From assembly GCA_039589315.1 (NCBI GenBank), contig JBDHHQ010000060.1, forward strand, positions 1 to 25,739: 25,739 nucleotides of DNA. Reading direction: 5' to 3'. Origin of the DNA: Gemmatimonadota bacterium (lineage in GTDB: Bacteria > Gemmatimonadota > Gemmatimonadetes > Longimicrobiales > Gaopeijiaceae). Positions 8,327-16,864 of the stretch are shown here, piece by piece. The number at the start of each line of letters is the position of its first letter. Position 1 is the stretch's first letter. The notes under the pieces are model-generated. The model had not been told where the DNA came from and did no database searches. It worked only from the letters and a program-made list of their open reading frames with translations. A program made the translations under genes and the position numbers.

Positions 8327-9862
8327 CTACGCAAGGGGGACCGTTTGGGCCGCCTGGACATAGGCGTGCTCGTGAAGGAGTAGGCCCACTAGCCCAACCA
8401 GAGCCAGCCAGGGCGACACCCACGGTGCCCCGACCGCCACGACGGCGAGGATGAGGCCACCCCAGAAGTAGCCCGCATACCTGCCGCGGGTCATCTCGCG
8501 GGCAGCCAGGCGGGCGTGGGCAGTGGGGTGTCCGGACGTGGCCTCACCCAGTGCCAGAAGCGCGTGACCGGCGGTGGCGGCCGCGAACAGCCATACCAAT
8601 GGGGCCATGGGCTGCGGCATCCCGAAGGACGACAGGAGTGCCATGGCACCCGCGCCTGCCATGACCGCCTGGAAGCCCAGGTGCGCGGGCAGAAGCGGGT
8701 TCTGCCACAGGTCGCGGGCCCGGGCCTGGGCGAACAGATAGGCCGTGTACACCGCAGTGAGCAGCGCCAGCGGACCGCCCGCAATGGCCAGCGTTCGTGT
8801 CAGCTCGGCCCGACCCACGGCGACGACGGCTATGTGGGCTGTAACGATCGCTCCGAACCCACCGATGACGAACGCTCCCTTCACGAGCCAGCTTCGCCAT
8901 TGGTGCTTGGTGAAGATCATGTAGAAGCGCTCGGGGTGCTCCAGATCCCAGATCAACAGCCCGCCCGTGATACCCAGGAAGAGCATGGCCAGGACCGGTG
9001 CGCCCCAGGTCCACAAGGGGTCGGTCCACGAGAGCCAGCCACCCACGGCCAGGATCAGCGGGGCCAGGTAGGCGCCCGCGGCAATGGACTTGGTCCACGT
9101 GTATAGGCTGACTCGGTAGTCCCACGGAGCCTTGTGGGGTACGTCGTAGGCCAGCACCGCGGCCGCGGAGTTGTTCCACGGGCCGGGATGGCCGGACTCC
9201 ACGGCGTGGCTGCCTGTACCGGCCTGGCTCCACATGAGCTGACCGCCTTCAGGGCGTTGCGCCGCCAGCGGGTCGAGGGTCACCTGGTCGGCGCCCTTGT
9301 AGAAGAGCTTGGGCCGCGTCTCCTTCTCCGGCCTCCGGACGCTGACGGCCTCCCGGTTCACGATCTCCGCGACCAGGGACAGGGGATCGTTCATGTCTCC
9401 CACCATGATCGCCTGGGTGGGGCAGACCACCACGCACGCCGGCTCGAGTCCCACGTCGAGCCGATGCGCGCAGAAGTTGCACTTCTCGGCCGAGTGGTCA
9501 TCCGGGTTGATGAAGATGGCGTCGTAAGGGCACGCGGCGATGCAGGCCTTGCAGCCGATGCAGATGGACTTGTCGAAGTCTACGATCCCGTCCGGGCGTT
9601 GGTGCATCGCCGCCGTGGGACAGGCCGTCACACACGGAGCATCCTCGCACTGGTTGCAGCGTGTGACCTGGAAGGAGCGACGCGCCTGTGGGAAGAACCC
9701 CGTGTCCACGTACTTCACATAAGTGCGTGTAACTCCCAGGGGCACTTCATTTTCCGATTTGCAGGCAGTCGTGCAGGCGTGACACCCGATGCACCGGGTG
9801 TGGTCGATGACTTTGGCCCACTTGGGGCTGGCCCCGGAGCCGACCGTCGTGGTTTGGAGCAT
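8327..9862 (-). CDS. Fused 4x[4Fe-4S] electron-transfer subunit (NrfC/DmsB/PsrB-like) and NrfD/PsrC-type membrane anchor
   Basis: Four Cys groups: CIGCHACTTAC, CNQCEDAPCVTACP, CIGCKACIAACP, CNFC..CVVVCP. These are followed by NrfD hallmarks (PW..VSLY, LIWDLEHPERF, SWLVKG, YTAYLF..RDLW) and about 8 hydrophobic helices. Confidence 0.93.
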   Translation of the reverse strand: MLQTTTVGSGASPKWAKVIDHTRCIGCHACTTACKSENEVPLGVTRTYVKYVDTGFFPQARRSFQVTRCNQCEDAPCVTACPTAAMHQRPDGIVDFDKSICIGCKACIAACPYDAIFINPDDHSAEKCNFCAHRLDVGLEPACVVVCPTQAIMVGDMNDPLSLVAEIVNREAVSVRRPEKETRPKLFYKGADQVTLDPLAAQRPEGGQLMWSQAGTGSHAVESGHPGPWNNSAAAVLAYDVPHKAPWDYRVSLYTWTKSIAAGAYLAPLILAVGGWLSWTDPLWTWGAPVLAMLFLGITGGLLIWDLEHPERFYMIFTKHQWRSWLVKGAFVIGGFGAIVTAHIAVVAVGRAELTRTLAIAGGPLALLTAVYTAYLFAQARARDLWQNPLLPAHLGFQAVMAGAGAMALLSSFGMPQPMAPLVWLFAAATAGHALLALGEATSGHPTAHARLAAREMTRGRYAGYFWGGLILAVVAVGAPWVSPWLALVGLVGLLLHEHAYVQAAQTVPLA

Positions 9863-10056
9863 GGCCTGTTTCGTGACTGGTAGGTCGTGCCGCGGGCGGG
9901 CGGGGGCCCAGCGGGGCGGACGCTGGCACAGGATAGGGAGATGGGGCGAGAATCGCTATCGGGAAACCCCCACCGCTTTGGCGGGGACTGCGCTGGCTCC
10001 TGGCGGCCCTGCGTGTCGATCTGCTTTGGCTCTCGAGTGTCGCGCCGCCTGAAGCC

Positions 10057-10146
10057 CCTCAGGCCTATCAGGGCGAACCCGGTAGCGATGATCCCTCAGA
10101 CCAACGCGAATGCAGCCATGCCGCCGAGTGCGGCGTCGCAGCGAGA
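10057..10146 (-). pseudogene. Degenerate fragment of an eighth array paralog (third TM segment only)
   Basis: Manual translation gives SRCDAALGGMAAFALV*GIIATGFALIGLR, matching TWRNAVLGGVAAFGLWGVIATGLLL of R6. TGA at 10096-10098 sits where the conserved Trp of WG is expected. Confidence 0.65.
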
Positions 10147-10174
10147 CGCGGTTTATCTCGCGGGCACCCGATGG

Positions 10175-12265
10175 CTACCGCTCGCCCGCGGCGATCTCTT
10201 CATGCTCGACTCGCTGCCGCATCTCGGCGATCTCGCGCCTGCTGTCTTCGACCAGCGTCTGGAATCGTGGGTCGTCACGCACCGAGTCCATCATGGGGTC
10301 GAACTCTGCGTAGTAACGCTGGGCTGCCTGGAAGCCAGCAGCCCGGGAGCGCTCCGCGAAGTCCAGCGCCTCCTCTCGTCGTCCGAGGGCGGCGTGGATC
10401 GCGCCGATCTCCCAGATGAATGCCGCATGGTCGGCGCCGGCATCGAGCCGTTGCTGAAGGTCGCGAGCTTGCACCTCGAGAAGCCGCGTCCCGACCTCTG
10501 AGTCCCCGGCCAGATACGTGGCGTAGGCCCGTGCGGTTTGCAGATGGTACCATGCCCAGGGGTTTGCTCCCGGCGCTGTTTCCGCCAGCCGATCCGTGAT
10601 GGCCAGAGCGCGGGACGGATCGTGGTCAGCGAGCGCGATCAGCGCGTCGAATGCCAGATACCACGTTTGGTTCTCACTTTCCGCCCTCCAACGCTCCATC
10701 ATGCCGACCGCGGCCGCGAGGTCGCCGCGGTGCAGCTCGATAATGGTCCCGTACACGGCTCGCGTGGGTCCCGAATTCCCGTCGACGTCGACCTGCTCGG
10801 CGTAAACCCGATCCGCGCGCTCGAAGTCGCCGAGCACCGCGTATGTCGCTGCCACGTTCGCTGGCCCGAAAGTCGTGGGGTTGAGCCGGGTGGATCGCTT
10901 GTACCACCGTAAGGCCTCGTCATGCTGTCCCTTGCGGGCGTAGTCGACGCCGATGTTGTTGGTCGCCCCATGATGATTCGGGTCTCTGGCCACGGCCTGG
11001 AGGTTGGCCTCGAGTGAGCGCTCGTACTTGGCCTCTACGCTGTACGTGAGTGCCAGCGCCTTGTACCCGGCCGCGACTTCAGGGGCGAGCTCGATGGCCT
11101 TTTGTGCGTAGGTCCGGGCAGAGTCCGCCCACTCCATCGCGTACCCGAAGAGGAGTACCCGCTGCCCGAAGGCGTCCGCGATTCCGGCCCAGGCCTCCGC
11201 ATAGTCCGGGTCGATCTCCAGGACCTCCCTGAACAGCCGGATCGCCTCATCGTTGTCCTCGGGCGTGTAGGTCTGGTAGACCTCGCGGCCCCGGATATAG
11301 AGGTCGTAAGCCGTCAGGTCGTCCGTCGGACGACGGGCGATGCGTGAAGCTTCTTGCGGAGAGAGAGTGGCGCGCAGCGCTGCCGCGATCTGCTGGGCGA
11401 TCTCGGTCTGGATCGCGAAGACGTTCGCGGCCGTGAGCGCCCGGTCGAAGTTGTCGGCCCAGAGGTGCTCGTCGGTGCGGGCGTCGATGAGCTGGGCGGT
11501 GATCCGCACGTTGTCGCCCGATCGCCGAACGCTGCCCTCGAGAATCGAGCCTACGCCGAGCTCACCGGCGATCTCGCTCATGCCCAGCGCGGTCTCCCGG
11601 TAGGCAAGCACCGACGTCCGGGAGATCACCGTCAGGTCGGCGATCTTGGACAGTTGGGTCAGGACGTCTTCGTGGATCCCGTCCGCGAAGTGTGCGTTCT
11701 CCGTGTCCGAGCTCAGATTGTCGAAGGGAAGGACGGCAATCGCTTTCAGGGCATCGTCTCCCAACCCGTTGGCGGTTTCGCCGCCGTCCCCGGCGATCCA
11801 TCGGGTCGATCCCAGCCAGAGCGTGGCCAAGACTCCCCAGAGAGCGAATGCCAGCACCCCACCGGTGATGGCGTTCTTCCAGGTGAGGAGCCGATAGAGC
11901 TTCGGTGGGCGGGTCGTAGGGCGGTCGAGGGAGCCGGTGCCGGCAGCGACGTTGGTGCTCGGCGGCTCCGGGACCGCCGCGGCTGCCGTACCCTCCGCAC
12001 CGGGGTCGCCCGGTGCCTTGCCCCCCGGCACCCCTCCCGCCAACCCCTGCTGCACGATGGCCGTGGCCAGGATGATGGGCAGCCCGATCACCAGCAGCGC
12101 CAAAGCGAAGCCCGGGAACCACTCCGGCAGCCCAAAGCTACTGACCAGTACGTCCACGACCTGGAGCGCGATCCACGACCCCAGGACATAGACGCCCAGC
12201 GCACGCCAGAAGAAGCCGCGCTTGGCGTGGCGAGCGAAGTCGCCGAGACTCGGCTGCTGGCTCAT
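10175..12265 (-). CDS. Array paralog R7: 3-TM anchor + TolB-like domain + TPR repeats
   Basis: N-terminal TM pair, TWKNAITGGVLAFALWG, IAVLPFDNLS..FADGIHEDVLTQLSKI..EGSVRR..AQLID..HLWADNFDR, TPRs, C-terminal DPMMDSVRDDPRF. ATGA overlap with R6 at 12262-12265. Confidence 0.9.
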   Translation of the reverse strand: MSQQPSLGDFARHAKRGFFWRALGVYVLGSWIALQVVDVLVSSFGLPEWFPGFALALLVIGLPIILATAIVQQGLAGGVPGGKAPGDPGAEGTAAAAVPEPPSTNVAAGTGSLDRPTTRPPKLYRLLTWKNAITGGVLAFALWGVLATLWLGSTRWIAGDGGETANGLGDDALKAIAVLPFDNLSSDTENAHFADGIHEDVLTQLSKIADLTVISRTSVLAYRETALGMSEIAGELGVGSILEGSVRRSGDNVRITAQLIDARTDEHLWADNFDRALTAANVFAIQTEIAQQIAAALRATLSPQEASRIARRPTDDLTAYDLYIRGREVYQTYTPEDNDEAIRLFREVLEIDPDYAEAWAGIADAFGQRVLLFGYAMEWADSARTYAQKAIELAPEVAAGYKALALTYSVEAKYERSLEANLQAVARDPNHHGATNNIGVDYARKGQHDEALRWYKRSTRLNPTTFGPANVAATYAVLGDFERADRVYAEQVDVDGNSGPTRAVYGTIIELHRGDLAAAVGMMERWRAESENQTWYLAFDALIALADHDPSRALAITDRLAETAPGANPWAWYHLQTARAYATYLAGDSEVGTRLLEVQARDLQQRLDAGADHAAFIWEIGAIHAALGRREEALDFAERSRAAGFQAAQRYYAEFDPMMDSVRDDPRFQTLVEDSRREIAEMRQRVEHEEIAAGER
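11441..11494. repeat. 54-bp perfect direct repeat shared by R7 (11441-11494) and R4 (18118-18171)
   Basis: ccggtcgaagttgtcggcccagaggtgctcgtcggtgcgggcgtcgatgagctg read at both sites; flanking bases differ. Confidence 0.85.
11610..11668. repeat. 59-bp perfect direct repeat shared by R7 (11610-11668) and R6 (13694-13752)
   Basis: accgacgtccgggagatcaccgtcaggtcggcgatcttggacagttgggtcaggacgtc read at both sites; flanking bases differ. Confidence 0.85.
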
Positions 12266-14391
12266 CGGAGGCCTGCCTGGATCTCTTCGGCTTCCACCCG
12301 CCGCCGTTGCTCCTCGATCTCGCGACGGCTCTCCTCGAACATGGCCACGATTCGAGGATCGTCACGTACCGATGCCATCATGGGTTCGATCTCCAGGTAG
12401 CCGTTTGCGGGCTGGAAGCCGGCCTCCCGAGCCTGGGTCGCCAGTCGGACTGCCTCTTCGGGTTCACCCAATGCCGCGTGAATCGCGGCCAGCTCCCAGA
12501 AAAGGCCCGGGCGGTCGGCGCCCGCAGCGAGGTGCGATCGGATCGCCGCTGCTCTATCTGCCAAGAGGGCCTGACCCTCGGCCTCGTCGCCCGTCCGCAT
12601 CATCGCGTAGCCCAGGCGCGTCTGAAGATCGTAGAAGACGATCTCGAGCGAGGCTCCCGGCGACAGCTCGAAGGCTCGCTCCGCCGATTCCCTTGCGCCC
12701 TCTAGATCCCCTGCCGCAGTGCGTGCCGCTGCGTCGAAGGCAAGAAAGACGGGCACGTCCCAGAGCTCGGCTCGACCGGCGTTTGAGCGTTGCAGCGCAG
12801 CCGACGGGTCACGCGTGTAGAGCTCGAGCATGATCCCGTAGTTCGTCCGCCTGAAAAGCGCCGCTTCAACGTCGGCCGCCTCGGCATAGGCCCGTCGAGC
12901 GATGTCCTCCTCTCCCAAGAGTGCGTAGGCCGTCACTTTGTTCAACGCGGCGAAGGCCAACGGGTTCAATCTCACGGCTCGCTTGTACCACCGGATCGCC
13001 TCGTCGTATTGGCCAAGGCGCTCGTAGCTGAACCCAGCGTTGTTGACTGCGGCGTAGTGGTTCGGATCACGGGCAATGGCCTCAAGGGCCGCCTCGAGAG
13101 CGGCCCGCTCACGACCGCGCATCGTCATGGAAAACGCCAGAGCCTTGTAGCCGGTCGCGACCCTTGGGTCGAGGTCGATGGCGTGGCGCGCGAGGGCCTC
13201 GGCCGAGTCGGCCCACTCTATGGGGTAGCCGAACAGCTGGACTCGCTGGTCGTAAGCGTCGGCGAGTCCGGCAAAGGGCTCCGCGTAGCCCGGGTCGCTG
13301 GAAATAGCCTCCTTGAAGAGCCGGATGGCCTCTTCGTTGTCATCGGTCAGGTAGCGCTGGTACGCCTCCCGTCCGCGAATGTAGAGATCGTAAGCCGTGA
13401 GATCTGTCGTTGGCACGTGAGCGATCCGCGTTTCCTCTTCGGGCGACAGCGTAGCCCGCAACGCCTCCGCGATTTGACGGGCGATCTCGGTCTGGATCGC
13501 GAACACGCTGGCGGCGGTGAGGCCGCGGTCGAAGTTGTCGGCCCAGAGATGCTGGTCGGTCTCCGCGTCGATGAGCTGAGCCGTGATGCGCACGTTGTCG
13601 CCGGCCCGTCGTACGCTCCCCTCCAGGATCGAACCCACTCCGAGCTCGTCAGCGATCTGGCGCAGGCTCTTCTCGGTTGTGCGGTAGGGGAGGACCGACG
13701 TCCGGGAGATCACCGTCAGGTCGGCGATCTTGGACAGTTGGGTCAGGACGTCCTCGTGAATGCCGTCGGCGAAGTAGGCGTTGTCAGCGTCGGCGCTCAA
13801 GTTGTCGAATGGGAGCACCGCGATGGCCTTGAGGCCGTCGTCTCGGCGGTCGTCGGTGCCGCCGACCGCCGATCGCTGGTCATTGGTCGACAGCAGCAGA
13901 CCCGTTGCGATGACACCCCAGAGTCCAAACGCGGCCACGCCGCCTAGAACCGCGTTCCGCCAGGTGAAGAGTCGGTGGACGGTGCCGGGCTCGCCCGTGG
14001 CCGGCCGAATGGCCGAGAGGCCTCCGGTCGTCGGGGAGGCGGCGGAATCCAGGGTTTCCAGGGCATCCAGCGAGCCCGGGGCCTCGCCCGAGCCTGCTGA
14101 GGAGCCCCCGGCGCTGGGGCCCGCCTTGGCTCGCGCCTCCCTGGAGCCGGGCCCGTCTCGGCCTCTGACACCCTCCTGGACGATGGCCGTTGCCATGACG
14201 ATGGGGAAGCCGATCAGGAGCAAAAGCACCGCGGTTCCGTACGCCCAATCCGGCATCTCAAAACGCTGGATCACGTGGTCGGCGGCCTCGAGCACGGCCC
14301 AGGACGCGCCCAGGTACAGGATCATCACCTGCCACAGGGAGCGGCGGTGGGCCTCGCGCACCAGGCGCTTCATGCCGTTGTCCGGGCTCAT
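12262..14391 (-). CDS. Array paralog R6: 3-TM anchor + TolB-like domain + TPR repeats
   Basis: Same architecture and core motifs as R7. Start placed at ATG 14391 (MSPDNGMKRLVREAHRRSLWQ) by alignment with paralogs; the ORF-track extension to 14637 overlaps R5 and looks non-coding. Confidence 0.9.
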   Translation of the reverse strand: MSPDNGMKRLVREAHRRSLWQVMILYLGASWAVLEAADHVIQRFEMPDWAYGTAVLLLLIGFPIVMATAIVQEGVRGRDGPGSREARAKAGPSAGGSSAGSGEAPGSLDALETLDSAASPTTGGLSAIRPATGEPGTVHRLFTWRNAVLGGVAAFGLWGVIATGLLLSTNDQRSAVGGTDDRRDDGLKAIAVLPFDNLSADADNAYFADGIHEDVLTQLSKIADLTVISRTSVLPYRTTEKSLRQIADELGVGSILEGSVRRAGDNVRITAQLIDAETDQHLWADNFDRGLTAASVFAIQTEIARQIAEALRATLSPEEETRIAHVPTTDLTAYDLYIRGREAYQRYLTDDNEEAIRLFKEAISSDPGYAEPFAGLADAYDQRVQLFGYPIEWADSAEALARHAIDLDPRVATGYKALAFSMTMRGRERAALEAALEAIARDPNHYAAVNNAGFSYERLGQYDEAIRWYKRAVRLNPLAFAALNKVTAYALLGEEDIARRAYAEAADVEAALFRRTNYGIMLELYTRDPSAALQRSNAGRAELWDVPVFLAFDAAARTAAGDLEGARESAERAFELSPGASLEIVFYDLQTRLGYAMMRTGDEAEGQALLADRAAAIRSHLAAGADRPGLFWELAAIHAALGEPEEAVRLATQAREAGFQPANGYLEIEPMMASVRDDPRIVAMFEESRREIEEQRRRVEAEEIQAGLR

Positions 14392-14465
14392 GACGCCCCC
14401 CACGCCGGGCTCGCCCAGAGGGAGCCTGCGATCCACGGGCTTCCGCGCCCCCGGTCCGGGGTCAT
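14388..14465 (-). CDS. Candidate 25-aa mini-ORF bridging R5 and R6 (MTPDRGRGSPWIAGSLWASPAWGAS)
   Basis: ATG overlaps the R5 stop (ATGA 14465-14462) with GGAGG 6 nt upstream. Its TGA overlaps the R6 start (ATGA 14391-14388). Confidence 0.4.
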   Translation of the reverse strand: MTPDRGRGSPWIAGSLWASPAWGAS

Positions 14466-16864
14466 GGCGTCCCTCCGGCCAGCGCGGCCGCTCGTTCCCG
14501 GGCGTGCTCGACCCTCGGCTGCAGCACCGGATCGGCACGGGCCCACGCCTCGGCGAAGTCGGCGTAGTGCTTCGCCGCCCGTTCGGCATCGCCGAGCCGC
14601 TCGTACAGGGGCCCGAGGCGAGAAAGGGCCAGGACACGGTCTGCTGGATAGAAGGTCAGGTCATAGACCTCTTCGGCCACCCCCTCCCAGAGCTCGGCGG
14701 CATGCGCAAGATCGTCCGATCGCTGGTGCAGGGTCGCCAGCTCGACACGGTAGCAACGATCACAGTGCAGGTCTCGCTGCAGTGCCTCGAACGCCCCGAT
14801 GGCCTCGCCGATGCGATCCCGTCCCACTTCGATCCATGCAGACGCCTCTCGACGGTCCCACTCGAAGCCGGGGGGGCGGTCATCGGGCGGAAGCTCACTC
14901 TCCCACCGCCCGAACAGGCGCTCCGCCTCGGCCACGGCTCCGGATGCGGCCAGCTCGCGGATCACGTCTCGCCAGCGACGCTGGGTTGCGGCCAGGTCCT
15001 CGAAGGACCACCGCTCGAGCGCGTTGAGAGCGAAGCCGGCCGCAGCGGTGGTGTCGCCGAGGAAGTCCCTGACCACGGAGCCTTCGATGAGCGCCGTCTC
15101 GATCGCCATCCGGCCGAGTCCGAGGGTGTTGGCGAGCCGGGCGCCCTCTTCGAGATGGGAACGGGCTTCGTCCATACGGCCCAGCGAGACGTCGAAGGCC
15201 GCTGCCAGCCGCCAGCCGATGGACCGGATGTTGGGAAGCGTCTCCTCGTCGCCGGTTTGTGTGGCCACCGCCTCATGCACAGAGGCGGAATCGCCGACTT
15301 GCAATTCGATCAGGCTCCGCGACCAGCCGAGGTAGGTATGACCCGGGTACCGCTGTTCGTAACGCTCTTGCGCGGCTCGGGCCTGCGCGGTGTCGCGCTG
15401 AAACAGGTAGGCTCGGACCCGGTTCCAGTTCGCCACCGAGGACTCGCCCGGTCCTCCGACCGCACGCTCCAATAGCTCGATCGCTTCTTCGAACTCGTCC
15501 CGGTCGAAGAGCGTCAGTGCCAGGTTGTTCAAGGCCGCGCTCTCGTCGGGCGCAACCCGAAGGGCGTTGCGGTAGGCCAGGATCTCGGCGTCCACGTCTC
15601 CGGTGACACGGCTGTGGTAGTACGCCTCGGTGAGATACCGTTCGCGCTCGGTCAATCGGTCGCGATTCTCGTACGCCGCGAGCGTGGCGTCTCGGCTCCG
15701 GGGCCCCACCGAGCCCTGATTGAAGAGGAGCACGGCGATCTTGCGGTGCGCCATGGCGAACGCGGGATCGAGCTCCACAGCCTCCTCCAACAGGGCGAGC
15801 GCTGCCGGGTAGTCGCCTTCTTCCTCGGCGCGTTCTGCCGCCGTCAGCTTCTGCAGAGCGGACAGGGACGCCGTGGTGGCGCGCTCCAGCGGCTCGCCGG
15901 CCCGGATCGAGCGAAGCGACTCCCCCGTGCCCTCGCGGATGTTCTGGGAGAGCTGGTCGATGGCGTCCACGACCTCGTCGTCCGATCGGGCGGTCTCACG
16001 AAATGCTTTGAGCACGTCGCCGGATTGGGCGGCGACGACCGAGGCGCTGATCACGTAGGCACTCCCGGCCGTGGCGATCTCGCCCTGGATCACCGCCTTG
16101 AAGCCCTCACGCACGGCGACTTCTCGGGCGAGTTCGGCCGTGAGCTCGACGTCGGAGCTTCGACCCATGAGGCCCAGCACGTCGCCAACGCGACTCGGCG
16201 TGACGAGCGCCAGCACGGGCGACTCGACCAGATCGACCCGTAGGACTTCCGTGACCACGTCGCCGAGACCGTCCTTGCCCGTCGTATTCGCGAAGTCGGC
16301 GAGGACGACCGGGTCGCGCTCGTCCAGGACGCCCTGCGCCACCAGCGAGCCCACTGGCCCTACCCCGGTGGACCACATCACGAAGTAGGCGAACACGGTG
16401 ACGCCCAGCAGGGCAAAGGCGAACACGCCGCCCAGCACCGCGTTGCGCCAGGTAAGGAGCCGGTGGTGCATGCCGGGGCGGGCTGTCGCCTGGCCTTGGG
16501 CGCCCGTGGAGTCGGTGGGCGGAGCGGTCGCACGCGCAGGCGCCGACTGTGCCGCGGGCTCCGCGTCAACCGACACTTGGCGGGCGCGTCGGTCGACCTC
16601 GCCGGGCTGCTCGGCCTCACGATCGTCCGCCCGTCCGCTTCCGGGCAGCCCCTCCTGCACGACCGCCGTCGCCAGGCAGACGGGCAGACCGATGAGGAGC
16701 AGGACGACGGCGAACCCTGGCGTCCAGTCCGGCAGCCCCGCACTCTCCGTCAGCACCTCGACGACCTGTAGGACCACCCATCCGGCCACCAGGTAGATGC
16801 CCAGCACCTGCCAGATCGACCGGCGATGGACTTCGCGGATCAGGTCCCTCACGGCGCTCATCAC
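14462..16864 (-). CDS. Array paralog R5 (divergent subfamily): 3-TM anchor + variant TolB-like domain + TPR repeats
   Basis: Shares HRRSIWQVLGIY..LPDW..IGLP and TWRNAVLGGVFAFAL, but the core is DPVVLADFANTTG..REGFKAVIQGEI..LERATTASL. TPRs (EAVELDPAFAMAHRKIA) and C-terminal WARADPVLQPRV. Start is GTG 16864 or ATG 16861; both overlap the R4 stop. Confidence 0.88.
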   Translation of the reverse strand: MMSAVRDLIREVHRRSIWQVLGIYLVAGWVVLQVVEVLTESAGLPDWTPGFAVVLLLIGLPVCLATAVVQEGLPGSGRADDREAEQPGEVDRRARQVSVDAEPAAQSAPARATAPPTDSTGAQGQATARPGMHHRLLTWRNAVLGGVFAFALLGVTVFAYFVMWSTGVGPVGSLVAQGVLDERDPVVLADFANTTGKDGLGDVVTEVLRVDLVESPVLALVTPSRVGDVLGLMGRSSDVELTAELAREVAVREGFKAVIQGEIATAGSAYVISASVVAAQSGDVLKAFRETARSDDEVVDAIDQLSQNIREGTGESLRSIRAGEPLERATTASLSALQKLTAAERAEEEGDYPAALALLEEAVELDPAFAMAHRKIAVLLFNQGSVGPRSRDATLAAYENRDRLTERERYLTEAYYHSRVTGDVDAEILAYRNALRVAPDESAALNNLALTLFDRDEFEEAIELLERAVGGPGESSVANWNRVRAYLFQRDTAQARAAQERYEQRYPGHTYLGWSRSLIELQVGDSASVHEAVATQTGDEETLPNIRSIGWRLAAAFDVSLGRMDEARSHLEEGARLANTLGLGRMAIETALIEGSVVRDFLGDTTAAAGFALNALERWSFEDLAATQRRWRDVIRELAASGAVAEAERLFGRWESELPPDDRPPGFEWDRREASAWIEVGRDRIGEAIGAFEALQRDLHCDRCYRVELATLHQRSDDLAHAAELWEGVAEEVYDLTFYPADRVLALSRLGPLYERLGDAERAAKHYADFAEAWARADPVLQPRVEHARERAAALAGGTP

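Noticed and set aside
8275..8361. Apparent twin-arginine pairs in the extended N-terminus MSRRPKRSPLRRS of the molybdoenzyme ORF
   Set aside because: The extension starts inside the upstream gene and lacks the RRxFLK consensus and a hydrophobic region; the likely start is 8274.
9715..9770. A/T-ending codon cluster near the start of the FeS-NrfD gene
   Set aside because: Less extreme than 6403-6453 and near the 5' end, where lower GC3 is common.
9930..9958. Possible promoter for the molybdoenzyme operon (TATCCT -10 on the - strand)
   Set aside because: The -35 match is poor (TAGCGA); not supportable without TSS data.
10096..10098. In-frame TGA as selenocysteine or Trp recoding
   Set aside because: TGA is the normal stop for most genes here, the position corresponds to Trp, and the surrounding fragment is otherwise decayed and truncated.
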